Shown: positions 61,519 through 64,000 of the stretch, in pieces
Position numbering within the stretch: the stretch's first letter is position 1
Layout of the letters: each line of letters begins with the position of its first letter
Source of the DNA: a virus
Taxonomy: Duplodnaviria > Caudoviricetes
Strand: one strand, 5' to 3'
Length of the DNA: 64,000 nt
Virus record (IMG/VR): IMGVR_UViG_3300014205_000003
Coordinates: 96,001 to 160,000 of that record
Position numbers and translations under genes: made by a program
The notes under the pieces: generated by a model
The model's input: the letters and a program-made list of their open reading frames with translations, nothing else
Told to the model about the DNA's origin: nothing
The model's database searches: none

Positions 61519-62988
61519 CAGACTTCAAAACGCAAATCACTGACATCTCGAAAGTCCTGCAGTACGAACTGGATTGTGTCAGCAACGGTATTAGCAATAT
61601 GCAGAAAGCTATCAACGAATTGAAAGCTCTTGCAGAAGCTGTGGAACCTATAGAAGTTGTTCCAGAGCCTCTCAACAGTATGGTGGATGCTGCGTTCAAA
61701 GCGTCTACATATAACGAAGCTGAAGAAGAGAGTAAGAACGTTAAGCTGTTTAATGAGATTGTTCAGACAATCCAGAGTATTCCTGAAAACATTGCAGATC
61801 TTCCGTGGTCTAACGATCCTTGTGAATGTAATCACTGTACCTGTGAACATCCTGAGCCTGTTGTAGTAAAGACTCCTCGTCCTAAGAATCCTGTGCTTGG
61901 AGATGCGGGTCCCTATCGCTTGCATCTTGCAGGTACTTTGCAGGATGATGTAGCGTTTGCTCGAGTTGCGATACGTTTGCGTAAATGTGACAAAGCTGAT
62001 CGATATGTTTCATCCATGTATCTATCTCAAGCTCGTCTGTCAGAGTGTGTTGAAATGCATTTGAAAGTTCTCAATGACATCAATGGCTTGTCTACAGATG
62101 GAACCTTGAAGTTCCTGAAGCTGGAATTTGTATGCTCTGATCCGGGTATTGCGGTGATTACGAAGTACTACTATTACCGTGAGTACGACGTATCTGGTGC
62201 TTGGCTTAAGAATGTTATCAATAGTCTTGTTCTAGGTAACAAAGGAAATACGTCAGTTGTTGAGTATATGCAGAACGGCATTGTTGAAGGTACTTCTCTC
62301 ATCATTGCCAACGATCCAGACACTCAGCAAGCAACTATTGATGCTGTACTGAATTTCCTGAAAGTTACTGAAAAACAAGTTACTGAAGTTGAAATTCCAG
62401 AGAGTCGTTTGGCAGAGCCCCAGATCGATACTCTTCGTCGAATTCTGGAATATGCAAATGGTTACGGCGCAACTAAACAATTGAAGAATAAGGTGGCTTA
62501 ACATGGGTAGCAATCCAGATCGTAAACTGTCAGAGATGGATCAGCTGATCATGAAAGTTCAGATGATCCAGAACGTTGATCAGCAGACTCCTAAGGAACT
62601 CTCAGAACTTCTTACAGACATCGACCAAGCTCAAGACGCTCTGAAGACCCTGAGAGATGAAATCAAGACAAGAGTGATTGTAGAGAAACTGAACCTGCCA
62701 CATTGGAAGATTGTCAGCTTCTTCGAGAAACAGACCTTTAAGGGGCCTAAGGAGGCTCTTGCGTGTCTAGACCTTCTGAAGACCTGTTACAAGGCTTCTG
62801 ACACCATTCTAATGCAAACGGACGCGGTTGTAGTGAGTGTTGCCAAATGCCGAGACTACATCAAAGACGTCTTGGTGAGTCAGGGAGTTTCCGAGGACAT
62901 GGCGTTGGATGATGCAAAAGGTGTCATTGCAGACTGGTTGACGAAACCTGTGGAAAACTTCAAACTGCAGAAACGAAAACCTCAGTGA
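61515..62988 (+). CDS. Two hypothetical proteins (61515..62501, 62503..62988)
   Basis: Long + strand ORFs. Confidence 0.7.
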
Positions 62989-63443
62989 GTTTTTGAGGGG
63001 TCAAATCCTCCCCCTGGCAACCCCCTCGAAATTTGGGGACCCTATTAAAAAAGGGGTCCCTCCAAGCTTTTGAGTGATTTAGGTCAATTTTTAAAGGTCC
63101 AAAAAACCTATCAAAAACAGACCTAAAAATCAACAGCCTGATCACTCGCGTTGCTCGTGCTTTGCCGTCGGCAGGAAGAGTGAAACCTGTCGTTCCCTCG
63201 TAGTCGCTGCGCTCCTACTCAAAGGGGAACTCCTGGTTTTTGTTTTTAGAAAGGCGACTGGTATGATAAATCTTGACAGGAGCTATGTTTAGTTGACCTT
63301 CAGAACCAGTTAGTCTTCTAAGTCGACTAGGAGTTCCCCTCATCCTCTCAAACGCCTCTAAACACCCTTTAAATGTGTTCTGCCAATAGTGCAGACTGTC
63401 TAACCTCCAAAGGAAACTCACATGTACAAGACAGATATCAATA
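62989..63443. other. Non-coding region with homopolymer tracts, inverted repeats and promoter-like elements (candidate origin or control region)
   Basis: GGGACCC-tattaaaaaag-GGGTCCC; GATTTAGGTC...GACCTAAAAATC; A/T tracts; TTGACA near 63273. Confidence 0.4.
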
Positions 63444-63869
63444 ATGGACTTTCCGGCTAACTCTCACGATGAACATCTCAACAAAGTTCTTCGACAACTA
63501 GACTCTGCAGAAGTCTTACTTGAAGAGTGGATTTCGTATGCCTTAGTCTTTGTAAAATACGATGACTATTTACTACAGGGTAAAAGGTTATCAAAGTACT
63601 CAGGTATGAATAGTCAGATTGCTAAAAGTTACTTGCAGTCTGCTCCTCGTTTAGTAGAGGTTCAAGACGTTTGCTGGATGATCAATCCATCAGCTGAACA
63701 TAAGGAACTGAAAGAGCGACTGAAGAAACTTATGGGATCTTTGCAGTATGCAATTCTTGCAGGCGTGTTCACTACAGAAGCTCAGCTCTTAGAGATCAGC
63801 TGCTGGGGAACAATGCCTAGAAGGGAGCTTGATGTCCGTTGCAATGAAATCGTCCTCTCCAACTTGTGA
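63444..63869 (+). CDS. Hypothetical protein ending EIVLSNL
   Basis: 141-aa ORF; C-terminus resembles the 'I.NL' family. Confidence 0.65.
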   Translation: MDFPANSHDEHLNKVLRQLDSAEVLLEEWISYALVFVKYDDYLLQGKRLSKYSGMNSQIAKSYLQSAPRLVEVQDVCWMINPSAEHKELKERLKKLMGSLQYAILAGVFTTEAQLLEISCWGTMPRRELDVRCNEIVLSNL

Positions 63870-64000
63870 TGGTATCTGTACAGGTGTTTCTTATGATGTA
63901 GAGAGTGGTTACTTAAAGCTAAGGGCAGATTTTATTTTACCTGCGAATACTGAGATGCATTCTCTAACAGACATTCATCTGGTTTTAGGACGTGTAGTGG

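Overview
This 64 kb window looks like part of a large lytic dsDNA bacteriophage genome: genes are dense and almost all on the + strand, the code is standard, and no virion genes are present. It holds the replication, recombination and nucleotide-metabolism module: SbcD/SbcC, a UvsW-like SF2 helicase, DnaB-like helicase, primase, family A DNA polymerase, RecA/UvsX, RuvC-like resolvase, class II ribonucleotide reductase, DNA and RNA ligases and several methyltransferases. These are interspersed with tandem arrays of small paralogous ORFs. Direct reading of the sequence shows six notable things. (1) Four group I introns: one HNH intron in the helicase; two tandem introns in the polymerase separated by an 18-nt micro-exon encoding the catalytic motif-B core KSTNFG; and one intron in a CoiA-like gene that carries TnpB instead of a homing endonuclease (IStron-like, no TnpA). 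(2) Three transposase-less 'mini-HTH + TnpB' cassettes whose guide-side flank is always a broken gene fragment. In one case clearly (a methyltransferase) and in a second probably, an intact diverged homolog sits on the other side. This suggests RNA-guided homing with a recoded rescue allele, and is the best candidate for an undescribed system. (3) At least nine copies of a palindrome GCACA-NN-TGTGC, in all three reading frames of genes and in intergenic DNA. (4) A tandem pair of structurally homologous, multiply pseudoknotted ~150-nt RNAs. (5) A shared TATATTAGT promoter-like motif upstream of five mobile nuclease cassettes. (6) About 13 Trp-rich small proteins sharing a C-terminal '...I.NL*' tag. 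All assignments come from motif recognition by eye; no database searches or folding programs were run.
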